From Verrucomicrobiota bacterium (GTDB taxonomy: Bacteria; Verrucomicrobiota; Verrucomicrobiia; Limisphaerales; SXQI01), in assembly GCA_033762115.1 (NCBI GenBank), contig JANRLX010000113.1:1-22821 (forward strand): DNA of 22,821 nucleotides, in the 5' to 3' direction. Below the pieces are notes generated by a model. The model worked only from the letters and a program-made list of their open reading frames with translations. It was not told where the DNA came from and made no database searches. Position 1 is the stretch's first letter. Each line of letters begins with the position of its first letter. A program made the position numbers and the translations under genes. Of this stretch, positions 1 to 8,921 are shown in pieces.

Positions 1-799
1 AAACATGAACCGCATATCCATCAGCTTTCAAGGCCCGCAGGTTATCCACAAATCGCTCCATGCGGGAGACATCCTTGATTGACATCATGTCCTTGGCTTC
101 CTGGGACATATTCGGGTTCCGCTCGAACATTTGCGGAGTGCACATCACCCCATCAGTTTTGCCCCACCGCTTCACGATATCCAAAAAGCCTTCCAGATTC
201 AGATTGCTGAGGACAGTTTTAATACCAACACTGACAAATTTTTTCTGCTTTTCCCGTTCCGCCAGCATAAACTCGATGGCATTAATCGTCTTTTGAGTGC
301 CGTTTGGATGGGGCCGAAGGATTTCGTTGATTTTAGGGTCAATTGATTCCAGGGAAATGCCAATATTGAACATTCCGGCATCGACCAGGGCGGCTGCAAG
401 TTTTTGGTCAATCTTATAACCGTTGGAAGTGAATCGGAAATCGAGTCCCTGACTGCTGGCACGGCGCACCCATTCAACGACCTGGGGATTTACCGTGGGT
501 TCTCCACCCATGTAGGAAATCAATGTCCCACGCCCTGATAGTTCAGCCACCTGATCAACTGCCTTGAAAATATAGTCGTTGGGGAAAACAATCCGCGAAA
601 TTTTGGTATAACCTTCTCCCTTGAGGATCCCATAATCACACATGATGCATTTCGCATTGCAGGGAGCCGCTCGCCAAAGGTGGACCGTCCGGGGAAGGGC
701 AATAAAAAAGGGAGTATGATCAGAGACAATCGCCCGCACTTCCTTGCGTAAATAGGGAATGCCACGTTTTATTTTTCGCGGCAGACTGGAGATCGTCAT
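1..799 (-). CDS. Radical SAM protein (MoaA/PqqE-like core, possibly SPASM/twitch family), 3' end runs off the window
   Basis: Manual translation of the minus frame from ATG at 799 is open to the window edge: MTISSLPRKIKRG...AAPCNAKCIMCDY (CxxxCxxC at 661-638)...SYMGGEPT (GGEP at 508-497)...FTSNG...GISLES. Absent from the ORF track because no stop lies in the window. Alternative in-frame ATG at 856. Confidence 0.9.
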   Translation of the reverse strand, partial: MTISSLPRKIKRGIPYLRKEVRAIVSDHTPFFIALPRTVHLWRAAPCNAKCIMCDYGILKGEGYTKISRIVFPNDYIFKAVDQVAELSGRGTLISYMGGEPTVNPQVVEWVRRASSQGLDFRFTSNGYKIDQKLAAALVDAGMFNIGISLESIDPKINEILRPHPNGTQKTINAIEFMLAEREKQKKFVSVGIKTVLSNLNLEGFLDIVKRWGKTDGVMCTPQMFERNPNMSQEAKDMMSIKDVSRMERFVDNLRALKADGYAVHV

Positions 800-910
800 A
801 ATTCGTAAAAATCCTGCAAGGACAGCCTTGCCCTTCTTCCATGGTAAGGGTGGCATGATCCCGGAATCAGAGTCAAGATTGAACTCCTTTCGCAGGATGC
901 TTATCTGAAC

Positions 911-938
911 TTGTCGGAGGCATGGCAGATGCTATCAT
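911..938 (+). promoter_or_regulatory. Putative sigma70 promoter for the kinase gene
   Basis: TTGTCG (911-916), 16 nt spacer, extended -10 TG-C-TATCAT (933-938); ATG at 948. Confidence 0.5.
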
Positions 939-947
939 TCACGTAAG

Positions 948-1961
948 ATGTCGTTTCGGGTTGATGATCGTAAGCCGCTCCGAATGGTTGCTTGCCCCGG
1001 TTGCGGGGCTAAAGTGTTCATTCCCGGGGATCTACCTCCTTTGTCAACGACTCCATGCAGCAAATGCAATTACTCGCTGATGATGCCGATGCAGTTGCGA
1101 CAGTTTGAGTTACGCTTCCCTATTGCTTCCGGCGGAATGTGCACCGTTTATCGCGCCTTTGATACCATGCTTCATCGGGAAGTGGCAGTTAAGCTGATGA
1201 AACGGGAATTGAAGGAGGATCATCAGGCACTGGAAAGTTTTTTCCGCGAAGCGAGGGCCTGCGCCGCGCTGAATCATTCCAACATCATCCATGTATATAC
1301 ATTTGATGATTTCGAAGGGCAGCTCTATCTCGCGATGGAAATTGCGGATGCAGGAAGCCTTGACAGCAGGATTGAACGGGATGGGCGCGTTTCTGAATTA
1401 CAGGTTCTCGATGTCGGGATCAAAGTCGCTTCCGCCCTGGATTCGGCTTTAAAGAAAGGTTTTCTCCACCGCGATATCAAACCGGGGAATATTCTTTTTA
1501 ATAACGAGGAGGAACCCAAATTGGTGGATTTTGGTCTCGCCAGACAAGCTGAGCTGGGATTGGAAGATGATGGTGCCATTTGGGGAACACCATATTATAT
1601 AGCTCCTGAAAAGGTAAAACGGGAACGGGAAGACTTCCTGGCAGACATGTACAGCCTTGCAGGAACGCTTTACCATGCATTGACCGGCAGTGTTCCGTTT
1701 GAAGCACCAACCATTGAAGCGGTGATTGCAGCGCATATACACACTCCCTTAACCCCCCCGAACGCTGTCCTTCCTGAGGTCAGCCAGGCTACGAGTGATG
1801 CGCTCATGCAGGCGATGGCGAAAGACCCAAACCACCGATTTCGAAGCTATGACGAATTTATCATGGCTTTGACAGCTTCACGTAGTCAATTGTTAATCAA
1901 CCAGTTCCGACCAGGGGAGCCGGAAATCGTAAATCAGGTCAAGAGCTGGTGGCGTCGATGA
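948..1961 (+). CDS. Hanks-type Ser/Thr protein kinase with N-terminal zinc-ribbon (CPGC...CSKC), cytoplasmic
   Basis: VAVK, alphaC Glu (FFREAR), HRDIKPGN catalytic loop, DFG, GTPYYIAPE; two CxxC pairs in the N-terminus; no hydrophobic TM segment. Confidence 0.95.
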   Translation: MSFRVDDRKPLRMVACPGCGAKVFIPGDLPPLSTTPCSKCNYSLMMPMQLRQFELRFPIASGGMCTVYRAFDTMLHREVAVKLMKRELKEDHQALESFFREARACAALNHSNIIHVYTFDDFEGQLYLAMEIADAGSLDSRIERDGRVSELQVLDVGIKVASALDSALKKGFLHRDIKPGNILFNNEEEPKLVDFGLARQAELGLEDDGAIWGTPYYIAPEKVKREREDFLADMYSLAGTLYHALTGSVPFEAPTIEAVIAAHIHTPLTPPNAVLPEVSQATSDALMQAMAKDPNHRFRSYDEFIMALTASRSQLLINQFRPGEPEIVNQVKSWWRR

Positions 1962-2011
1962 CCCTCTGAGGGTGGACCCATTGCAGACCGGGAATTCCCA
2001 CTATTTCCCAC

Positions 2012-2027
2012 TTTGTCCCGGGACAAA
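2012..2027. promoter_or_regulatory. Perfect 16-bp palindrome, candidate transcription-factor operator
   Basis: TTTGTCCCGGGACAAA is its own reverse complement and ends 56 nt upstream of the dehydrogenase ATG. Confidence 0.45.
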
Positions 2028-2083
2028 AGTCTGGACTCACCCGCACGGGCTGCTTCATCATTTGAAGTTTACAGCCTGAAGTA

Positions 2084-3211
2084 ATGAGTAACGCGACAAT
2101 GAGAGCCGTTGGGGTCATGCCCGGCCGAAGGGAAGTGACATTGGTTGAACATACCAATCCGATCATTACCCGGCCAAACGAGGTCAAAGTAAAAGCCCTG
2201 GAAGTGGGAGTCTGTGGGACAGACAAGGAAATTTGCACTTTTGTTTATGGATCACCTCCCCCGGGGTTTGAATATCTTGTCATTGGTCATGAGTCGCTCG
2301 GTGAAGTGATCGAAGTCGGGGCCAATGTGAAAGGGCTTAAGCGAGGCGATCTTGTAGTGCCTTCGGTAAGAAGACCTTGCTCCAATCCCGAGTGTCAGCC
2401 GTGCCGGGCTGACCTGCAGGATTTTTGTGCCACGGGTGATTTCACAGAGCGTGGAATCAAAATGACACATGGTTTCATGACCGAATTTTACGTGGACGAG
2501 GAAAAGTACCTCAATCCTGTGCCAACCAATTTACGGGAGGTCGCAGTTCTGGTCGAACCTTTGACCGTGGCCGAAAAGGCCCTGGCCCAGGTCTGGCAAA
2601 CTCAAAGCCGCTTTCCCTGGATTGATAAATCAGCGCCATCCGACCAGCCGGGGCGCGGGTTGCGCGCGGTCGTTCTTGGTGCGGGACCGGTGGGAATACT
2701 TGGAGCCATGGCTTTGATCAGCCGCGGCTTTAAGACGTTTGTTTATTCCCGCTCCAAAAAGCCAAATTCAAAAGCCGAGCTGGTCGAGTCGTTTGGCGCA
2801 ACCTATATCTCTTCCGAAAGCGAAAATGCAGAGCAGATGGCGGAACGGGTGGGGAATATCGACCTGGTGTACGAAGCGATTGGAACGGCAAAAGTTTCCT
2901 TCCAGGTGCTGAAGGTCCTGGGCACGAACGGCATTTTTGTTTTCACGGGAATTCCTGCTCCCAAAAAGGGAATTGAAATTGAAGGGGACAATATCATGCG
3001 GAACCTGGTACTGAAAAACCAGGCGGTGGTGGGAACCGTCAATGCTGACAAGGCCGCATTCCAGAACGCGATCACAGACCTGGGGATTTTCATGCAACGG
3101 TGGCCGGAAGCGGTGCGTCAACTGATTACCGGTCGCTATAAAATCGAGAGCTACAAGGACCTGCTTCTCGGGGACAAGAGTGGAATTAAAAATGTGATCG
3201 CACTGGATTAA
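2084..3211 (+). CDS. Zn-dependent (MDR family) glucose 1-dehydrogenase-like protein
   Basis: GVCGTD and GHESLGEV catalytic Zn motifs, VRRP, structural Zn C-x4-C-x2-C-x7-C, ERGI..HGFM.E, Rossmann GAGPVG, C-terminal GTVNA; the pattern of archaeal-type glucose dehydrogenases. Confidence 0.85.
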   Translation: MSNATMRAVGVMPGRREVTLVEHTNPIITRPNEVKVKALEVGVCGTDKEICTFVYGSPPPGFEYLVIGHESLGEVIEVGANVKGLKRGDLVVPSVRRPCSNPECQPCRADLQDFCATGDFTERGIKMTHGFMTEFYVDEEKYLNPVPTNLREVAVLVEPLTVAEKALAQVWQTQSRFPWIDKSAPSDQPGRGLRAVVLGAGPVGILGAMALISRGFKTFVYSRSKKPNSKAELVESFGATYISSESENAEQMAERVGNIDLVYEAIGTAKVSFQVLKVLGTNGIFVFTGIPAPKKGIEIEGDNIMRNLVLKNQAVVGTVNADKAAFQNAITDLGIFMQRWPEAVRQLITGRYKIESYKDLLLGDKSGIKNVIALD

Positions 3212-3216
3212 CGATT

Positions 3217-3861
3217 ATGGCTGCGCTTCAAAAAAAGTGGGTTGATGTCTCGGTGCCGATCCGGTCGGGAATGGTTCATTGGCCGGACAATCCCGCAGTG
3301 AATGTTTCGCGGATGATGGACATGGACAAAGGCGCGGTGTGCAATGTTTCCATTCTTTCGTTCGGTGCGCATACCGGCACGCATATGGATGGCCCTTTGC
3401 ATTTCGTCAAAGGCGGGGCGGGATTGGATACCATGCCGTTTGAGGCGACGATTGGGCCGGCTCGAGTGATCGAGATCAAGGACAAGGAATCGGTCAAAGT
3501 GTATGAATTGGAAAACCAGCGGTTGAAAGCTGGTGAACGAATTCTTTTCAAAACACGCAATTCCAAAAAATCGTGGAAGAGCGATGCATTCGATGATCAC
3601 TTTGTGTATGTCTCGAAGGAAGCGTCACAATTTATTGTCGATGCAGGGGTGCAGACGGTTGGAATCGATTATCTCTCGGTTGGTGGATATTATAAGGATG
3701 GAGTCGAGACGCACCAAATCCTTCTGGGCGCGAAAGTCTGGATTATCGAAGGGATCAATCTGGCGAAGATTGCCCCCGGAAAGTATGACATGATCTGCCT
3801 GCCGATCAAAGTGGCCAACAGTGACGGCGCACCAGCCCGTGTTCTTTTACGGGCAAGATAA
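3217..3861 (+). CDS. Cyclase-family metal-dependent hydrolase (KynB/kynurenine formamidase-like)
   Basis: HTGTHMDGPLH matches HxGTHxDxPxH; GIDYLS, HQILL, IIEG and DGAPAR motifs; starts 5 nt after the dehydrogenase stop. Confidence 0.9.
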   Translation: MAALQKKWVDVSVPIRSGMVHWPDNPAVNVSRMMDMDKGAVCNVSILSFGAHTGTHMDGPLHFVKGGAGLDTMPFEATIGPARVIEIKDKESVKVYELENQRLKAGERILFKTRNSKKSWKSDAFDDHFVYVSKEASQFIVDAGVQTVGIDYLSVGGYYKDGVETHQILLGAKVWIIEGINLAKIAPGKYDMICLPIKVANSDGAPARVLLRAR

Positions 3862-3993
3862 AGTTTTGCCTTCAGTCCCATGGGATTTTGTAAATTCCCG
3901 TGGACGGATATCGAGCGTTAAGGCATCCTGAAGACTGACTTCGCATGCAGAAAGCCTGCCCCAGATCAGGCTTATGCCTGCCGTTGGCTTGTT

Positions 3994-6900
3994 ATGAGTT
4001 TGCGTGTAACGAAATTTTTTTCGACAGCCCCGGTTGTCACAATCCTGGCTCTTTCCCCGATTGCATTCAGCGCTGGCAGCCTTCCTCCCGCAGTCGAACG
4101 GAAAGTTGATTTTAAACAGGAAATTCAACCGATTTTTTCTGAGCGCTGTTACGACTGCCATGGAAGTAAAAAGCAGGAATCAGGCTTCAGGCTGGACCAG
4201 AAATCGGCGGCGATGAAGGGCGGGCAAACCGGTTTGGCGATTGTTCCCGGGAAAAGCGCGGAGAGCATATTGATCCAAGCGGTCGCCGGAGTTCATGAAG
4301 AACTGGCCCGCATGCCAAAAAGAAGGGAACCACTGAGCCCTGAGCAGATTGGTTTATTGCGTGGGTGGATTGATCAGGGGGCGGAATGGCCCGAAACAAA
4401 TGAACAGCAGGAAAGTGGAAGCGGAGAGCATTGGGCATTCAAGGCGCCGGTCAAACCGAAGTTTCCTGACTTAAAAGAGAACAGCGAAGTTCAAAATCCG
4501 ATAGATCATTTCATCATTGCCAAATTGGAAAAGGAAGGTCTGAAGCTCTCTCCAAGGGCGGACAAAATAACGCTGTTGCGGCGATTGAGCCTGGATTTGA
4601 TTGGCCTTCCTCCCTCAATTGAAGAGGTGGATGCGTTTCTCGCTGATCAATCAGCGGATGCTTATCGGAAGCAGGTGGAGAGATTACTGGCTTCGCCTCA
4701 TTACGGTGAGAAATGGGGACGTCACTGGCTTGATGCCGCACGGTATGCGGATTCGGATGGATTCGAAAAAGACAAATCGCGCAATGTTTGGTTTTACCGT
4801 GATTATGTGATCAATGCCTTTAACCGCGACCTGCCATATAACCAGTTCATTATTGAGCAGATGGCCGGGGACCAGCTTTCGAATGCAACGCAGGACCAGA
4901 TTGTTGCCACTGGATTTCTCAGGAATTCAATGATCAATGAAGAAGGGGGGGTGGATCCTGAACAGTTCCGAATGGAAGCGATGTTTGACCGAATGGATGC
5001 CATAGGAAAAACATTTTTGGGACTGACCATTCAATGCGCGCAATGCCACAATCACAAGTATGATCCGCTGAAGCAGGAGGAGTATTACCGCATGTTCGCC
5101 TTCATCAACAATGATCACGAACCGATGCGGGTGGTTTATACAGCCCAGGAGCAGATGCAAAGGGAAAGCGTCCTGCGTCAAATGAACGAAATCGAAGAGG
5201 ATTTGCGCCATCGTCATCCGGACTGGGAGGAAAAGATGGCACAATGGGAAGAGGGCCTTTGCCGACAGCCTGACTGGAAGGTGTTGAATTTGTCGGTGGA
5301 GGATATTTCAACAGGTGGCCAAAAATATCTGCCCCAGAAGGATGGTTCATTCCTGGCGCAAAGTTATGCACCGACCAAACACACCGTGCGGATGATGGTG
5401 ACCAATGACCTGACAAAAATCACCGCTTTTCGTTTGGAATTATTGCCTGATGCAAACCTTCCCGCAAATGGGCCGGGACGCTCTTTCAAGGGAACCGCAG
5501 CATTAACGGAGTTCAAGGTGGAAGCAGCAGACGCCAAAAATCCCACCCGGAAATCCGAGGTGAAAATCAAGGCTGCGTCAGCGGATTTTAATCAGCCTGA
5601 ACGTGAGCTGGAGCCAAATTTTGATGACAAGTCCGGCAAGCAGCGGAAAACCGGGCCGGTCCAGTTTGCAATTGATTCCAATCAGGACACAGCCTGGGGA
5701 ATTGATGCCGGGCCGGGCCGGCGAAACCAGGCAAGGAAAGCGGTTTTTCTCTGTGAAACCAATGCCGCCTATCCAGAGGGCACCATCCTGACATTCCAAC
5801 TGGCGCAAAATCATGGTGGATGGAACAGCGACGACCACATGAACAATAATTTGGGGCGCTTTCGCCTTTCCGTGACTTCCGCTGATGAGCCAGCCGCTGA
5901 TCCGCTCCCGAAAACTGTTCGGGACCTGCTTTCGATTCCCCGCGGGGAACGTTCTCCCGCTCAGAAAGCAATTATTTTCAGTTACTGGAGAACCACAGTT
6001 GAAGATTGGAAAAACGAAAATGACCGAATCGAGGCGCTTTGGAAACAATATCCTGAGGGACAGACTGCGCTGACCTTGATGACGCGGGAGGAGCAGCGAG
6101 ACACCCATCTGTTGCGGCGAGGGGACTTCCTGAAACCAGGCAAGGTGGTTGGCGCGGGAGTGCCAGCATTTCTACATCAATTACCGGAAAATGCCCCCCC
6201 CACGCGCCTCACGTTTGCCAGATGGCTTGCCGACGAGAAAAGTCCCACTACCGCGAGGGTGTTCGTGAATCGTTTATGGCAAAGTTATTTCGGAATTGGT
6301 CTTGTCAGCACGTCTGAAGATTTTGGGACGCAGAGCGAAACGCCATCGCACCCTGAACTATTGGATTGGCTGGCCACAGAATTCATGGAGCGGAAATGGA
6401 GCATCAAAGAGATGCATCGATTGATCGTTCATTCAGCGACATACCAGCAAAGCTCGAAAGTCACTGAAGAGTTATATGCCAGGGATCCATATAACAGGCT
6501 TGTGGCGCGCGGGCCACGTTTCAGGGTGGATGGTGAAATCGTGCGGGACATCGCTTTAAAGACGAGTGGCTTGTTGAGCGAAAAAGTTGGTGGGCGCAGC
6601 GTGATGCCCCCGGCCCCTCAATTTCTTTTTGGGCCACCCAACAGCTACGCGCCATTTACCTGGACTGAAGAAACCGGTGAAGATCGGTACCGGCGAGCGC
6701 TTTATACATTCCGTCGTCGTTCCACTCCCTATCCGATGCTGCAAACGTTTGACGTTCCCAATGGCGATTTTTCATGCGTCAAACGAACCCGGTCGAATAC
6801 GCCATTGCAGGCGTTGATGACGTTGAACGAAACACTTTCAATGGAATGTGCCCAGGCCCTTGCGAGGGTGGTCCTGCAACATGGGGGAAATAATGATGAG

Positions 6901-7155
6901 GAACGAATCGAGTATGCATTTCGCCGAACTTTGAGCAGGAAAGCATCGCAGGAAGAAAAAGAGGAGTTGCTGAAATTATTGGAACGGCAGCGTGAACGAA
7001 TCCAGCAAGGCTGGGTCAACCCTTCCGAACTGGCGACGGGAAAAAGTGAGGTGCCAAAGAACCTTCCTCCCAATGCCACTCCAACACAACTGGCTGCTTA
7101 CACTGTGATTTCGCGCGTGTTGTTGAACCTGGACGAAACGATTACGAAGGAATGA
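3994..7155 (+). CDS. Planctomycete cytochrome c / DUF1549 / DUF1553 (PSD1) domain protein, exported
   Basis: Signal-peptide-like N-terminus; CYDCH (4147-4161) in a VDF..EIQPIF...C domain; [41 protein letters not shown] (5035-5049); [35 protein letters not shown]. Confidence 0.93.
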   Translation: MSLRVTKFFSTAPVVTILALSPIAFSAGSLPPAVERKVDFKQEIQPIFSERCYDCHGSKKQESGFRLDQKSAAMKGGQTGLAIVPGKSAESILIQAVAGVHEELARMPKRREPLSPEQIGLLRGWIDQGAEWPETNEQQESGSGEHWAFKAPVKPKFPDLKENSEVQNPIDHFIIAKLEKEGLKLSPRADKITLLRRLSLDLIGLPPSIEEVDAFLADQSADAYRKQVERLLASPHYGEKWGRHWLDAARYADSDGFEKDKSRNVWFYRDYVINAFNRDLPYNQFIIEQMAGDQLSNATQDQIVATGFLRNSMINEEGGVDPEQFRMEAMFDRMDAIGKTFLGLTIQCAQCHNHKYDPLKQEEYYRMFAFINNDHEPMRVVYTAQEQMQRESVLRQMNEIEEDLRHRHPDWEEKMAQWEEGLCRQPDWKVLNLSVEDISTGGQKYLPQKDGSFLAQSYAPTKHTVRMMVTNDLTKITAFRLELLPDANLPANGPGRSFKGTAALTEFKVEAADAKNPTRKSEVKIKAASADFNQPERELEPNFDDKSGKQRKTGPVQFAIDSNQDTAWGIDAGPGRRNQARKAVFLCETNAAYPEGTILTFQLAQNHGGWNSDDHMNNNLGRFRLSVTSADEPAADPLPKTVRDLLSIPRGERSPAQKAIIFSYWRTTVEDWKNENDRIEALWKQYPEGQTALTLMTREEQRDTHLLRRGDFLKPGKVVGAGVPAFLHQLPENAPPTRLTFARWLADEKSPTTARVFVNRLWQSYFGIGLVSTSEDFGTQSETPSHPELLDWLATEFMERKWSIKEMHRLIVHSATYQQSSKVTEELYARDPYNRLVARGPRFRVDGEIVRDIALKTSGLLSEKVGGRSVMPPAPQFLFGPPNSYAPFTWTEETGEDRYRRALYTFRRRSTPYPMLQTFDVPNGDFSCVKRTRSNTPLQALMTLNETLSMECAQALARVVLQHGGNNDEERIEYAFRRTLSRKASQEEKEELLKLLERQRERIQQGWVNPSELATGKSEVPKNLPPNATPTQLAAYTVISRVLLNLDETITKE

Positions 7156-7156
7156 T

Positions 7157-8590
7157 ATGACCAGCCTGGAACATTTTGTAACGGAGCAGAAGAAAGAGAC
7201 CACGCGCCGCTGGTTTTTTAAACAATGCGGAGTCGGATTGGGGTCCATTGCACTCTCACAACTGCTTTCGCAAAGCGCCTCGTTGCAGGCGGCAGCCCTG
7301 GCCGACCCCCTGGCGCCAAAACGCCCTCACTTTGAGCCAAAAGCTAAAAACGTCATTTTCCTTTTCATGGCTGGAGCGCCGAGCCATTTGGAATTATTCG
7401 ATTACAAACCGCAACTGGCCAAATTCAACGGCACACTTCCTCCACCGGAATTGCTGAAAGGATATCGGGCTGCGTTCATCAATCCCAACTCCACTCTCCT
7501 GGGGCCGAAGTTCAAGTTCGAGAAGCATGGAAAATGCGGGGCCGAGCTTTCGGAACTGCTTCCACACCTCAAGGAGGTGGTTGATGATATTGCGATCGTC
7601 AAATCGATGGTCACGGATGCTTTCAACCATGCACCTGGCCAGATCATGATGAACACAGGCTCACAGCAATTCGGGCGTCCGAGCTTTGGAGCCTGGACCA
7701 CCTATGGCCTGGGCAGTGAATCGAGGGATTTGCCAGGATTTGTGGTTTTAAACTCCGGAACCAAAGGCACCAGCGGAGGTGCTTCCAATTGGGGCTGCGG
7801 ATTTTTGCCGACTGTTTATCAAGGCGTTCCTTTCCGAAGCGGCGGGGACCCGGTCCTGTTTTTGTCGAACCCAAAAGGGGTTGATCAAGCCATGCAAAGA
7901 GATTCGCTTGATACCATCCGCAAACTTAACGAGCAGCGACTCGGCATTGTTGGCGACCCGGAAATCGCTACAAGGATCAGTTCATTTGAAATGGCATACC
8001 GGATGCAGTTCAGCGCGCCTGAACTGGTGGATCTATCGAAAGAATCGCGCGAAACGCTTGAAATGTACGGGGCCGAGCCGGGAAAAGCTTCTTATGCGAA
8101 CAATTGCCTGCTGGCCCGCCGCCTGATCGAAAGAGGTGTTCGGTTTGTCCAACTTTTTCATGAGGCATGGGACCATCACGGTGGCCTGACAGGAGGATTG
8201 AAGGAGCAATGTCGCATCACGGATAAGGCCAGTGCCGCCCTGGTCAAGGATCTGAAGCAACGGGGGCTTCTCAAGGACACCATCGTGATCTGGGGTGGTG
8301 AATTCGGACGTACGCCGATGGTGCAGGGTGGGGATGATGGTCGTGATCATCATCCGAACGCTTTTACCATGTGGATGGCAGGTGGCGGAATCAAGCCAGG
8401 GTTAACGCTGGGCGAAACTGATGAACTCGGCTTCAATGTTTCGAAGGACAAAGTCCATGTGCATGACCTGCATGCCACGCTGCTGCATCTGCTGGGTTTC
8501 GATCACGAAAAGCTCACGTATAAATTCCAGGGTCGTAACTTCAGGCTGACCGATGTTCATGGGGAAGTGATTCATCAGCTCATTGTATAA
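7157..8590 (+). CDS. DUF1501 domain protein with twin-arginine signal
   Basis: TRRWFF Tat-like motif then hydrophobic stretch; [65 protein letters not shown]; starts 1 nt after the upstream stop. Confidence 0.93.
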   Translation: MTSLEHFVTEQKKETTRRWFFKQCGVGLGSIALSQLLSQSASLQAAALADPLAPKRPHFEPKAKNVIFLFMAGAPSHLELFDYKPQLAKFNGTLPPPELLKGYRAAFINPNSTLLGPKFKFEKHGKCGAELSELLPHLKEVVDDIAIVKSMVTDAFNHAPGQIMMNTGSQQFGRPSFGAWTTYGLGSESRDLPGFVVLNSGTKGTSGGASNWGCGFLPTVYQGVPFRSGGDPVLFLSNPKGVDQAMQRDSLDTIRKLNEQRLGIVGDPEIATRISSFEMAYRMQFSAPELVDLSKESRETLEMYGAEPGKASYANNCLLARRLIERGVRFVQLFHEAWDHHGGLTGGLKEQCRITDKASAALVKDLKQRGLLKDTIVIWGGEFGRTPMVQGGDDGRDHHPNAFTMWMAGGGIKPGLTLGETDELGFNVSKDKVHVHDLHATLLHLLGFDHEKLTYKFQGRNFRLTDVHGEVIHQLIV

Positions 8591-8921
8591 GCTTCCGGAA
8601 CGTTGAAGGAACGGCGACGTCCGCGCGTCTGGTCTATTGTAGGAGGTGTGACCACAACTGTGGTATGGACCTTTAGTGGAATTGGAAATTGCCGATAACA
8701 TGGGAAGCTTATACGAGTGAAATGGCATAAAGGACTGCTATTTGGAAATACAGTCCCGGTCATCGAGGCGCTTTAAGGGCTCACATGCCAGCCTGCGCCC
8801 AAGTAGGCATAAGTAACTGGCAACGTTAATCTTGCATTCGGTTCCAGAGTCTGTGCAAAACACTCATGCGCAGGAATTAAAGGGGTCAGGTGCGAATGGG
8901 TTGTTAGTAAACAATTGTGAC

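Noticed and set aside
60..765. ORF-track entries 60-296, 131-346, 199-477 and 520-765
   Set aside because: All overlap the motif-bearing radical SAM frame (799 to edge) in other frames or on the opposite strand, and carry no recognisable motifs
3876..3973. Short dyads TCCCATGGGA and AAGCCTG-N8-CAGGCTT upstream of the DUF1553 gene
   Set aside because: Short enough to occur by chance, with no U-tract or identifiable promoter context
8641..8698. AGGAGG followed by a 16-codon GTG ORF (VTTTVVWTFSGIGNCR)
   Set aside because: The Shine-Dalgarno is only 1 nt from the GTG and there is no other coding evidence
8723..8836. Sigma54-like TGGCATAAAGGACTGCT and TGGCAACGTTAATCTTGCA upstream of the hybrid kinase
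   Set aside because: GG-to-GC spacing is 11 and 13 nt; sigma54 requires 10
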